Shown: piece by piece, positions 27,761-36,233 of the stretch | Numbering within the stretch: the stretch's first letter is position 1 | Layout: every line of letters starts with the position of its first letter | From: Acidobacteriota bacterium | GTDB lineage: Bacteria; Acidobacteriota; Vicinamibacteria; Marinacidobacterales; Marinacidobacteraceae | Assembly: GCA_022822745.1 (NCBI GenBank) | Contig: JAJEAO010000006.1 | Coordinates: forward strand, 9,509-73,508 | Length of the DNA stretch: 64,000 nucleotides | Direction of reading: 5' to 3' | Notes under the pieces: generated by a model | What the model saw: only the letters and a program-made list of their open reading frames with translations | What the model was told of the DNA's origin: nothing | Databases searched by the model: none | Position numbers and translations under genes: made by a program

Positions 27761-30700
27761 TCAGAAGGGGGATCGCCGGAATCCCTCGACGAAGAGGGTG
27801 ATCGGCTCGAGCGCGCTGTCCCGGATCCGGAACCGGAAGTCGCCGATGACCGTGTCCAGGACCCCGCCGGCGGCCTCGGTGACGCTGAGCGCCATGTTGC
27901 CGGTGGACGAGAGGGAAACGCCCCGGATGCGGCTTGGTCCGAAGTCCACGAACGGGGCGTCGTCGGCCACGACTCCGGCGAGGGGTTCGCCGCTGACCCC
28001 GTCGAACGCCCGCAGCCGGGAAACGCCGACCTCGGTGCGCACGCCGCCGCATCCGATCGAGGATGACGAGGCGGTCGTCAGTGTCGGGAGCACGACCTCG
28101 ACCCCGAAGTTGTCGGCTCGGACCACCGGCCGCCCCTGGGGCGCCTCTTCGGCGGGAAGCGGCTTCCGCCAGACCTCCTCCATCCGGTCCCCCAGATCCC
28201 GCAGGAGCACCATGTGAGCCGGGCCGCCCGGCAGCCGGCGGTCGCCGCCGGTCACGACCAGCAGGTGCGGCTCGGCGCGTCCCGGAAACGGAAACGCCAC
28301 CGGGCGGGCGTGGACCGGGTGGCGTCCGCCGAGGCGATGGACGGTCCGCAGTTCGAGGGCGCCGGGGCTGCCGGTCGGGCGTAGCCGGTGGATCTGCCCG
28401 TGGAGGTCGGCGACATAGACGGCGCTCACGTGATCCGGAGCCGCGCGCGAGGCCCAGCGAGGGCTCCAGGGCGCCGGCGCCGTCGGCGCTCCGTTTCGCG
28501 GGATCGCGGCGTCCGGGGCCGAGGGGAGGTGGAACGCGCGGCGGAGCCGGCCGTCCGCCGGCTCGAGGACGAACAGCGAGGCGCCGGCGCTCCCGGCCCC
28601 GTCGCCGCTGCTCTGGAACACGAGCCACTCGGCGCCGAATCCGGGCGAGACCTCGGCGAAGACGGGCGCCGGCGTCTCCCGCAGGCCGGCGAACCCCGGC
28701 GCCTCCGGACCCATGCTCCACAGCAGGCGCGGCCGCTTCGCTCCCGCCGGCCACCGCGACGGGGGCTCACGGTCCCCGCTCCAGGCGCCACCGATGGCAG
28801 TCACGTCCAGCGCGGTCACGAAACGCCCGCCGAACGAGCGGCCGAACGCGAGGACCGTCGCCCACTCGCCCCCTGCGAGCGGCAGATCCCGAACGACGGG
28901 CGAGCCGGCCAGGCTGAAGCGGCTCTCCAGCCCCCGGCGCAGCCCCGGCGCGCCGCGGACGCGGGCGAGAGCCAGATCGCGCAGGAACGGGCCTGCCCCG
29001 GAGTCGCCCGGGAGCGGCCCCAGGGCGTCGGCGGGGATGAAGGCGAACGCCTCGGCGCCGGTCTCCGCCGAGAAGGCGTGGAGCATGCCCCCGTTCGCGG
29101 GCAGATAGACCATGGTCCGGCGGTTCACCTGCGCGTGGAAGAACCGTTCCCACGCCGGTCCCGCGCCCGTCCGCGACGGCGGCGCCCCGACGACCACCGG
29201 CGAGGCCAGGCTCTCCCGGAGTTTCGGGCTTCCCGCGCCGCCCACGAAGTGGAGTCCGCCGTCGGACCCGTAGATCGAGCCGGTCTCGGGATGGACTTCG
29301 ATCTCCTCGCCGCGGATCAGGCGGACGACGATCTCGGCGGCATCGGCAGCGGATCGCGCCCCTGCGCCGTCGAGCGCATCGAGGTAGCCCGCGCCGACGC
29401 CGAGATCCTCGGGACGCACCTCGGCCACGGTGAACGGCCGCAGCCGGGTCTCGCCGCGGCGATGGAACCAGATGAGCCGATCCTCGGGATCGCGCGCCGC
29501 GAGAAGAGCCCCCGCGTCCCAGACCGGAGCCCCGGAGACGTCCCCCTCCTCCGAGACCGGGACGGCCCGAACTGTCGCCTGGAGACCGCGGAGATCGGCT
29601 TCCGTCGTGACCAGCACGTTGTCCTGGTGCTCCCGGCGCCGCGCCAGGACTTCGTTCAGCGCGGCCGGGTCGTTCGGATCGGCGACGAAGTCGCGCCGGC
29701 GCCCACCGTTCACATCCCCACCAGTCAACTCCCCACCGGCCAACTCCTTGACGGCCGCGAGTCGGGGTTCCGCCAGCTTCACCGACCCGTCAGGCAGCGT
29801 GACCTCGGAGAGCACGGCGCTGATGGCCGACCGGAGCCCCTCGCGGTCGGCGGCGTGGATCGCCGGCCGCTCCAGGTCGGACGCCATCCAGGCCAGGTGA
29901 TTCGTCAGCCCCCGGCTGAACTCCGCCTCCATGGCGAACCCCACGATGTGGATTTCCCCGAATCCGTTGGCCGGATCGCCGCGATTGAGGCGAAGCATCG
30001 CGTCCCTCGCCTTGAGGCCGGCGTTGTGCGCCTGCATAACGCGTGTCCGCGCACTGCCCTCGATCCCGTGCTGTTCGACGAGAGTCGGCGCCGTTCCCAG
30101 AACCCGGAGCTCCACCGGTCGCCTTCTCAGCACTCCAGGGGAACCCGCGGTGAAGTCGTTCCAGATCCGTTTGCCGCACTCGCAGGAGTCCACGCCGTCC
30201 GTCAGGAACAGCACGATGTTCCGCTGCCCGGGCGCCAGGTCCTCGGTCGCCTCGTTCGCGATGTAGCTCGCAAGCTGAAGCAGGGCGATGCCCGCCGGCG
30301 TGTGGGTGGAGTTCGCTTCCCAGGGAAGCCTCCGGAGAATGGCGCTGCGCTGCGCGACGAAGTTGCACCCCGCGGGCCTGGCGAGAAGCGACAGTCCGCC
30401 GCACTGGATCATCGAGGTCGCGGGCGGTCCGCTCGGAGAGAGGGACGGGACTCCCGCCCCGAAGTAGGGATCCCGGCACACGCCTTCGGACCGGTTCTGC
30501 AAATCGAAGTCGCGAAACCGCGCCAGTCCCCACGCAACGAGGGGGTCGCCTGCATCGGAGACGAACGTGGAAGCGGCCCAGCGGATCACCTCGCGCGCCT
30601 CATGCAGCCGCGTCCGCCGCCGGCCGCCCGCGCGACGGTCCATCGAGGTCGAGGTGTCGAGGAGCACCCACACCCGGGGCGGGACCAGGGTGCGAACGAG

Positions 30701-30856
30701 ACCGAGCGGGTCACGGCCCCGCGACGAGCCGTCGAGGATGCGGTCCACCGACCGGCTGGCGGGAGCGGGGGCCGCCGGTCCGGATGCGGAGGCGAAGAGC
30801 AGGAGAGAAGCCGCGGCCAGGAAGAGGGCGCGGCGGGCGGCGGATGTGGAATTCAC
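27761..30856 (-). CDS. pilY1: PilY1-like type IV pilus tip adhesin/biogenesis protein with an N-terminal vWA domain
   Basis: vWA MIDAS-like VWVLLDTSTSM...LFLTDG, and the PilY1 C-terminal propeller signature RTMVYLPANGGMLHAFSAETGAEAFAFIP. The GTG start at 30856 follows a GGAGG 9 nt upstream and gives a signal peptide; the R-rich ORF extension is rejected. Confidence 0.8.
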   Translation of the reverse strand: MNSTSAARRALFLAAASLLLFASASGPAAPAPASRSVDRILDGSSRGRDPLGLVRTLVPPRVWVLLDTSTSMDRRAGGRRRTRLHEAREVIRWAASTFVSDAGDPLVAWGLARFRDFDLQNRSEGVCRDPYFGAGVPSLSPSGPPATSMIQCGGLSLLARPAGCNFVAQRSAILRRLPWEANSTHTPAGIALLQLASYIANEATEDLAPGQRNIVLFLTDGVDSCECGKRIWNDFTAGSPGVLRRRPVELRVLGTAPTLVEQHGIEGSARTRVMQAHNAGLKARDAMLRLNRGDPANGFGEIHIVGFAMEAEFSRGLTNHLAWMASDLERPAIHAADREGLRSAISAVLSEVTLPDGSVKLAEPRLAAVKELAGGELTGGDVNGGRRRDFVADPNDPAALNEVLARRREHQDNVLVTTEADLRGLQATVRAVPVSEEGDVSGAPVWDAGALLAARDPEDRLIWFHRRGETRLRPFTVAEVRPEDLGVGAGYLDALDGAGARSAADAAEIVVRLIRGEEIEVHPETGSIYGSDGGLHFVGGAGSPKLRESLASPVVVGAPPSRTGAGPAWERFFHAQVNRRTMVYLPANGGMLHAFSAETGAEAFAFIPADALGPLPGDSGAGPFLRDLALARVRGAPGLRRGLESRFSLAGSPVVRDLPLAGGEWATVLAFGRSFGGRFVTALDVTAIGGAWSGDREPPSRWPAGAKRPRLLWSMGPEAPGFAGLRETPAPVFAEVSPGFGAEWLVFQSSGDGAGSAGASLFVLEPADGRLRRAFHLPSAPDAAIPRNGAPTAPAPWSPRWASRAAPDHVSAVYVADLHGQIHRLRPTGSPGALELRTVHRLGGRHPVHARPVAFPFPGRAEPHLLVVTGGDRRLPGGPAHMVLLRDLGDRMEEVWRKPLPAEEAPQGRPVVRADNFGVEVVLPTLTTASSSSIGCGGVRTEVGVSRLRAFDGVSGEPLAGVVADDAPFVDFGPSRIRGVSLSSTGNMALSVTEAAGGVLDTVIGDFRFRIRDSALEPITLFVEGFRRSPF

Positions 30857-30930
30857 GGTGCGGTTCCTCCGTTGGTCAGGTCGGGTCGGGAAGCCGGGTC
30901 GAGAGGCGGCGGCGGATCGGCGGGGGGTCT

Positions 30931-31695
30931 TCACGGCCGTTTCCGTCGGGACGAGCCGCCCGGGCGCGGGCCGCGGTTCTTGAGGACGTCGCTGTAGCCC
31001 TCGCCCGAGTCCTCGGCCTCCCGCGAGGGACGCGGGGCCACCCGAAGGGCGAGTTCGAGGCGGACGACCGCGTGGGGATCGTCCGGGCGAGAGGGCGGCG
31101 GAAACGTCCCCTCGGCGGTCACGACGGCCCGGTCGCTTCCCTCGGCGTCGCGCCCTCCGACGAGCGGGCGACGCACCCAGACGGTGACCCCGGCGAGGTC
31201 GGGTTCGCCGTCGCGGTCCAGATCGGGGGACCAGCCCGCCCGCGGCGCGCGGGGATCGTGGAGGAGAGCACGCCCGGCCGGGTCCCTCAGGACCCGGCCC
31301 ACGTAGATGCGCGCCGTCCCGCCAGCGGTCGTCTCGTCGAGGAAGAGTTCGTAGTCGCGGCACCCGGCGCGGCCCGGGTCACGACAGGAGCGCCGGTCGC
31401 GCGGGAGAGCGGCCCCCCAGCCCTGGCCAGGCCGCGCCGAGACATTGGGCCGCGCCGGCGGAAGCGCCGCCTCGAGGCTGCCGTCGGCGGCGCGGGCGTG
31501 CGCGGCGAGAACGGTCTTGGCGAACTCGAGTCCGGCCTCGGCCCTCGCCGCCGCCGTTTCGCCCCACTGCTCGTTGCGGGCCATGGATCCGCCTCCGGCC
31601 ACCGCGAGGACGACGGCCGCCGCGATCCCGGCGAGCGCCGCGACCATCAGGACGGCGACGAGGAGCGCCGCGCCCCTCTCCCGGGCGCTATTCAC
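30931..31695 (-). CDS. PilX-like minor pilin/pilus assembly protein
   Basis: N-terminal hydrophobic helix ERGAALLVAVLMVAALAGIAAAVVLAV typical of PilX. The GTG start at 31695 (VNS..., as in pilY1) is uncertain; an ATG at 31764 is the alternative. Confidence 0.5.
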   Translation of the reverse strand: MNSARERGAALLVAVLMVAALAGIAAAVVLAVAGGGSMARNEQWGETAAARAEAGLEFAKTVLAAHARAADGSLEAALPPARPNVSARPGQGWGAALPRDRRSCRDPGRAGCRDYELFLDETTAGGTARIYVGRVLRDPAGRALLHDPRAPRAGWSPDLDRDGEPDLAGVTVWVRRPLVGGRDAEGSDRAVVTAEGTFPPPSRPDDPHAVVRLELALRVAPRPSREAEDSGEGYSDVLKNRGPRPGGSSRRKRP

Positions 31696-32188
31696 GGTTC
31701 GCCGCCCGGATCGAGACGAAGCGGACGACCGGCCCCCGGCCTCCATGGGCCGGGCCGGCGGCAACCTCGAAGCGGAGGGCCGCGAGCCGGTCGGACCCCG
31801 GCCGGGCCACCTCCTCGACGCGCCAGCGCACCTGGATCGAGGCGGAGTCGCGCCCGGCGGGGAGACCGGCCTCGTCGAAGTACTCGACGTATCCCGGCGT
31901 CGGGGGCCCGGTGAAGTCGGCGCTGCCCCCGGGAGCGACGGCGCCGTGGTAGCCGGAACCCAGCCACCCGGCGGTGAATCGGGCGGCGTGGAGGCGGTCC
32001 AGCCGAGCCCGCGCGATGCGGGACGCGAGGCCGTTGTCCGCCGTCGCCCGGCCGCTGGCGGTGGCGGCGGCGAGGCCGCGGGCGAGTCCCCCCGCAGCCG
32101 CCACCAGGAGCAGGGCCGCCAGGAGCGCCTCGACGAGAGTGAAGCCGGCGGCAGTGCGCCGGGGATTGGAACTGCGGGATCGAGCCAT
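31688..32188 (-). CDS. Type IV pilin-like minor pilin (PilV/FimT/GspH-like)
   Basis: Prepilin motif AAGFTLVEALLAALLLVAAAGGLARGL close to the N-terminus; 166 aa. Confidence 0.75.
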   Translation of the reverse strand: MARSRSSNPRRTAAGFTLVEALLAALLLVAAAGGLARGLAAATASGRATADNGLASRIARARLDRLHAARFTAGWLGSGYHGAVAPGGSADFTGPPTPGYVEYFDEAGLPAGRDSASIQVRWRVEEVARPGSDRLAALRFEVAAGPAHGGRGPVVRFVSIRAANRE

Positions 32189-32220
32189 TTCGGAATGTCC
32201 TCCTCAGCCCGATCCCCAAC

Positions 32221-32275
32221 GGGAAAACGGGGTCCATCCGCCCGTTTTCGGGGCGCGGTGTCGAAAACTCGGGGC
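32221..32275. promoter_or_regulatory. Alternating inverted-repeat element (GGGAAAACGGGG-n8-CCCGTTTTCGGGG-n6-GTCGAAAACTCGGGG) in the 5' region of the minor-pilin operon; a near-identical element precedes pilM
   Basis: Read directly; compare 50211-50260. The half-sites CCCGTTTTCG and CGAAAAC(N)CGGG are reverse complements. Confidence 0.6.
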
Positions 32276-32323
32276 CCCGGGGCCGCGCTGCCGCTCCGTG
32301 GAGCGCGCGGGCGGAAGACGGCG

Positions 32324-33058
32324 TCAGGCGGGCGAGGGCGCGACGAGGACGACGACGGCGCCGAGAGCCAGAAAGGCTCCGAAGGGCAGCGGCGTCTCTC
32401 TCCGGATGCGTCCGGCGGCGAGGAGCGGCGCCGCCACGATCAGCCCGGCGGCGGACGCGGCGCCCAGACTCGCGAGAGCCCCGACCGGTCCGAGGAAGGC
32501 GCCGATCAGCAGGAGCAGCTTCACATCCCCGAGACCGAGCGCCTCCACCCCCCGCCACCGCAGCCAGACGGCCCGCAACCCCAAGAGAACCCCGGCGCCG
32601 AGGAGCGCCCCGCCCGCCGCGGCAGGCAGGCCCGCCCCTCCGGGAGCGAGACTCAGCAGGAGCCCCGCCGCCGCGCCCGGGAGGGTCAGAAGGTCGGGCA
32701 GCACGAGGTGCTCGAGGTCGGTCGCGGCGAGCGCGAGGAGGAGCAGCAGCAGGACGGACCAGGAGACTCCAGGCCACACGCCGACATGCCAGGGCGCGAA
32801 ACCGACCGCGGCCGCGGAAAGCGCCTCCACGACCGGGTATCGCCACCGGATGCGGACGCCGCAGTCGCGGCAGCGACCCGCGAGCAGGAGGAAGGAGACG
32901 ATCGGGACGTTGTCGCGCCAACGCACGCGAGCGGCGCAGTCGGGACATCGGGAGGGTGGAGACACGACCGATTCCCCGCGCGGGAGCCGGTGGATGAGCA
33001 CGTTCAGGAAGCTGCCGACGACGAGCCCCGCGGCGCCCGCGAGGATGACCCCGTACAC
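32324..33058 (-). CDS. pilD: Prepilin peptidase (A24 family)
   Basis: VVGSFLNVLIHRLP...CPDCAARVRWRDNVPIVSFLLLAGRCRDCGVRIRWRYP, the tetracysteine zinc motif plus the peptidase TM core. GTG start at 33058. Confidence 0.85.
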   Translation of the reverse strand: MYGVILAGAAGLVVGSFLNVLIHRLPRGESVVSPPSRCPDCAARVRWRDNVPIVSFLLLAGRCRDCGVRIRWRYPVVEALSAAAVGFAPWHVGVWPGVSWSVLLLLLLALAATDLEHLVLPDLLTLPGAAAGLLLSLAPGGAGLPAAAGGALLGAGVLLGLRAVWLRWRGVEALGLGDVKLLLLIGAFLGPVGALASLGAASAAGLIVAAPLLAAGRIRRETPLPFGAFLALGAVVVLVAPSPA

Positions 33059-33087
33059 GCTGCGACTCCGTCCGGCGCCCGCCCGCC

Positions 33088-33966
33088 TCAGCGAACCGGC
33101 CGCCCGGGGTAGCCGGCGAGCGGCGATCCCGCGGCGATTTCCACCGCCCCTCCGGGCCCCAGGATGAAGGGCGCGCCGACGGGATCGACGGGAACCGCTT
33201 CCAGAAACCCGGCGTCCACGAGATCCTTCCACCGCCGCGGCGGCCGCCCGAACTCCGCCCGGAATCCCGTGACGACGCGCAGCAGCTCGTCCCGCCGGTC
33301 CAGCGCATCGAGCTGACGCAGGTGTGTCGCGGCGTTGGCGCGCTCTCGCGGCGACTCCGCCGCCTCGAGGGCCGCCCGCCAGAGGAAACGCGCAGCCTCG
33401 CGGGATCCCGCCTCCTCGAGCATGCGCGCCGCGAGGCCCTCGAACCACGCGGGCGCCCCGGGCTCGCGGGCTGCGTTCCGGAGCAGCCGCGCCGCCGCTC
33501 CCGGATCCGCGAGATGCCAGTGACGGACCAGACCCTCGAGGAGGCGGGCCGACCAGTCCCGGTGATGCCGGGCCGTCCAGTCCGACAGCAGCTCCGCCGC
33601 CGCCCGCGGGTCGCCGGCGCCCAGTGGCGGCGGCTCGGCCAGGAGGAGCGCTCCCTCGACGGCAGGCGCCCGGAACCCGGGATCGAAGTCCGCCGCCCGC
33701 CGGACGCGTCCGGCGAGGCGCGGGAATTCAGCGCCCCCTTCGAGCCGGATCCGTCCGTAGTGCTGGACCGCTCCGAGCCAGGCCAGGTCGGCGAGGAGAC
33801 GGCGGACGCCGGCGGGCAGCGCGGTCACGACCTCGCGGTCCAGCCCGGCGCCCGGAGCGGAGTCCGCGATGGCCGGGTCGCCCGAACGCCCCGCGGCCGT
33901 CCACAGCGCGACGAGTCCCGCGAGGAGGACGCCGCCCGCGCGCAACCGGGCCGAGAGCCGCGTCAT
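33088..33966 (-). CDS. Hypothetical secreted/membrane-anchored protein in the pilus operon (possible PilG-like accessory to the ABC pair)
   Basis: N-terminal TM/signal (GGVLLAGLVALWTAAG) and no recognisable catalytic motif. It is translationally coupled (ATGA) to the upstream permease. Confidence 0.45.
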   Translation of the reverse strand: MTRLSARLRAGGVLLAGLVALWTAAGRSGDPAIADSAPGAGLDREVVTALPAGVRRLLADLAWLGAVQHYGRIRLEGGAEFPRLAGRVRRAADFDPGFRAPAVEGALLLAEPPPLGAGDPRAAAELLSDWTARHHRDWSARLLEGLVRHWHLADPGAAARLLRNAAREPGAPAWFEGLAARMLEEAGSREAARFLWRAALEAAESPRERANAATHLRQLDALDRRDELLRVVTGFRAEFGRPPRRWKDLVDAGFLEAVPVDPVGAPFILGPGGAVEIAAGSPLAGYPGRPVR

Positions 33967-34700
33967 CGTCCCGACCGACGAAGCACAGCCGGAAAGGCGG
34001 CCGTCGCGACGAGAAGGACGCCCGCGACGTAGAGCGCGGCGTAGAGCGTCGCGTCACCCGGGGGAGCGCCCTGCCCGAAGCCGGGATGATCCAGCCGGGA
34101 CAGGTCGGGCAGGATCCGGCGCGCGACGGCGGCGGCGGGGCGAAGCCACCCCTCCGCCTCGGGCCCGGGCAGGCGGTGGGAGAGCCAGCCGGCGCTCGAC
34201 ACCGCGGCCGCGAGCGGGGCCGCGAGGGCCGGACGGGACAACGCGAAGAGCGCGGTCGCCACGCTCAGCACGACGAGGAGGCGCAGACCCAGGAGCCACC
34301 CCGTCAGCAGCGTCCCGGATCCGCTCGAGCCAAGCCCCACCAGGAGTGTGGCGGCCGCCGCATGGACGACGAGTCCCCCGGCGTGGCCGGCGAAGCGGGC
34401 GAACAGCAGCGCCGAGGGCGAGATCGGGCGCGCGAGGACGGCCGGCGCGACCACGCCGCCCCCTCCGACGACCCCGCTCCCGTGACCGAGCGCCAGGATC
34501 CACCCGAGAAGGCCGGCGGCGCCCCAGCCCAGATCGGCGGCGAGCCGGCCGCCGTCGTCCACCGAGGCCGGCGTCAGCGCCATGCCAGCGGCGACGGCCG
34601 CCGCCACCAGACCAACCGACCCGACGAGCCCCCCCTCCCTCGCAAGACCGCGAAAGCCCGCCAGCGCCGCCGACGCGACGGGGAGCCAGCGCCGGGTCAT
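33963..34700 (-). CDS. ABC-2-type transporter permease (PilI-like)
   Basis: About 245 aa with 6 predicted TM segments. ATGA overlap with the ABC ATPase stop. I chose the start at MTRRWLP; the R-rich 5' extension is rejected. Confidence 0.7.
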   Translation of the reverse strand: MTRRWLPVASAALAGFRGLAREGGLVGSVGLVAAAVAAGMALTPASVDDGGRLAADLGWGAAGLLGWILALGHGSGVVGGGGVVAPAVLARPISPSALLFARFAGHAGGLVVHAAAATLLVGLGSSGSGTLLTGWLLGLRLLVVLSVATALFALSRPALAAPLAAAVSSAGWLSHRLPGPEAEGWLRPAAAVARRILPDLSRLDHPGFGQGAPPGDATLYAALYVAGVLLVATAAFPAVLRRSGR

Positions 34701-35524
34701 CCCCGCGCGACGGAGGCGGGAGGGTCTCCGCCTCCCCGGTTCGGTCCGGAGGATCGAAGCAGGTCGCCGAGCCACCCGGCGCCGTCCTCCGGACCTCCTG
34801 CCCGTGGTCTTCGTCGAAGCTCTTCCACCGGCCCGGCGGCCACGACGGTCCCCGCCGCGATCGCGACCACGCGCTCGGCGATGGCTTCCACTGCGCGCTC
34901 GTCGTGGAGGCTGACGAGAACGGCCGCGCCGCGGTCGGCGGATCGCCGCACGGCGACGAAGGCCCGCCCGCGAGCCACCGGATCGAGGCCGGTGAAGGGC
35001 TCGTCCAGAACGAGGATCGCGGGTCGGCCGAGGATCGCCTGAGCGAGGCTCACGCGCCTCCGCACGCCTCGGGAACAGCGCGACGGGCGCCGGGACAGCC
35101 AGGGACCCAGGTCCAGGGCGGCGGCGGCGCGCGTCGCCGCCGCCTTCGCCTCGGAGCCGCGGAGCCCGGCCAGGCTGGCGTGGAGTCGCAGCACGCCCCG
35201 AACGTCGAGCCCTCCCGGGAACCGGTCTTCCTCGGCCGCGAAGCCGAGCCGGCGCCGGGCTGCGGGAAACGTCGCCGGGCAGCCGGCGATCCGCGCGTCC
35301 CCGGAGTCCGGAGCGAGGAGTCCGGCGAGGAGGCGCAGCGTCGTCGTCTTGCCGGACCCGTTCTCGCCGACGAGCGCCACGACTTCGCCCGCTTCGACCG
35401 CGAGGTCCAGCTCCCGGACGGCGAACCGGCGACGGGCGCGCCATCCGCTCCGGCCGCGAACCGGGAACGAGCGCGTCAGGCGCCGGGCCAGGATCTCTGG
35501 CTCCCGGCGCCGACCCGGCGTCAC
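34697..35524 (-). CDS. ABC transporter ATP-binding protein (PilH-like)
   Basis: Walker A GENGSGKTT, signature LSRRPSRCSRGVRRRVSLAQA and Walker B ILVLDEP. GTG start at 35524 overlaps the pilA stop. Confidence 0.85.
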   Translation of the reverse strand: MTPGRRREPEILARRLTRSFPVRGRSGWRARRRFAVRELDLAVEAGEVVALVGENGSGKTTTLRLLAGLLAPDSGDARIAGCPATFPAARRRLGFAAEEDRFPGGLDVRGVLRLHASLAGLRGSEAKAAATRAAAALDLGPWLSRRPSRCSRGVRRRVSLAQAILGRPAILVLDEPFTGLDPVARGRAFVAVRRSADRGAAVLVSLHDERAVEAIAERVVAIAAGTVVAAGPVEELRRRPRAGGPEDGAGWLGDLLRSSGPNRGGGDPPASVARG

Positions 35525-36132
35525 TCGAGGAACGCGGTGCCGCCCGGAACCGGACAGTCTATGGCGGCGCCGGAGGGGTCGTTGTAGAGCGCGCCGGCGC
35601 TGGTCGCCGAGAACGAGCGGACCCCGGTGCGGCCCACGTCGGCGGGCTCGGCGTGGTAGCAGTAGTCGAGCAGGCTCTGTGGATCGCAGTGGGCCGGAAC
35701 GCTCGTCGGGTTGCCGTTTCCGGTCAGGCTCCGGTTGTAGCCCGACTTGACGTACGGGGTGGTGCGACCGAGGTCGCCGCCGACGAACTCGGGTGCGGCG
35801 TCGGGATAATTCGGAATGCCCACGCCGGCGCAGTCGCCGCCGTCGCGACACAGGTTCACCAGATCCGAGAAGAAGCCGCAGTTCGAGGCGGCGTAGGTCT
35901 GCTGGGCCGCGATCACGGCGCGCGAGTCGCCGATCGCCTGAGCCTCGTTCGCGGAGAGGCGGGCCCGGAGGAGCTGCGGAATCGCGATCCCGGCGATGAC
36001 GCCGATGATCGCGACGACGATGAGCAGCTCGATGAGCGTGAACCCGCGCTCGCGCCGGGCGGGAGCGGGGCGCGGCGACGGGACCGGCGGCGGACGGGAG
36101 GAAAGGGGGGTGAACACGGGAACGCGGCTCAT
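35521..36132 (-). CDS. pilA: Type IV major pilin
   Basis: GFTLIELLIVVAIIGVIAGIAIPQLLRARLSANEAQAIGDSRAV, then a C-terminal domain with 7 Cys. The leader is unusually long (about 25-30 aa, Pro-rich) if the ATG at 36132 is used. Confidence 0.85.
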   Translation of the reverse strand: MSRVPVFTPLSSRPPPVPSPRPAPARRERGFTLIELLIVVAIIGVIAGIAIPQLLRARLSANEAQAIGDSRAVIAAQQTYAASNCGFFSDLVNLCRDGGDCAGVGIPNYPDAAPEFVGGDLGRTTPYVKSGYNRSLTGNGNPTSVPAHCDPQSLLDYCYHAEPADVGRTGVRSFSATSAGALYNDPSGAAIDCPVPGGTAFLE

Positions 36133-36233
36133 AAGGATAGACCTCCGGGGAGCGACGATGAGGGCCGCGGAGAGGTCCCGCGACCGATGGAACGGAAAGA
36201 GCGCGGCGAGCGCCGCGAGAGGGAGACGCCGGA

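Noticed and set aside
33088-33966. Calling the hypothetical between the PilI-like permease and pilD a definite PilG homologue
   Set aside because: This rests only on positional analogy to Myxococcus. I do not recognise sequence signatures, so I keep it as hypothetical.
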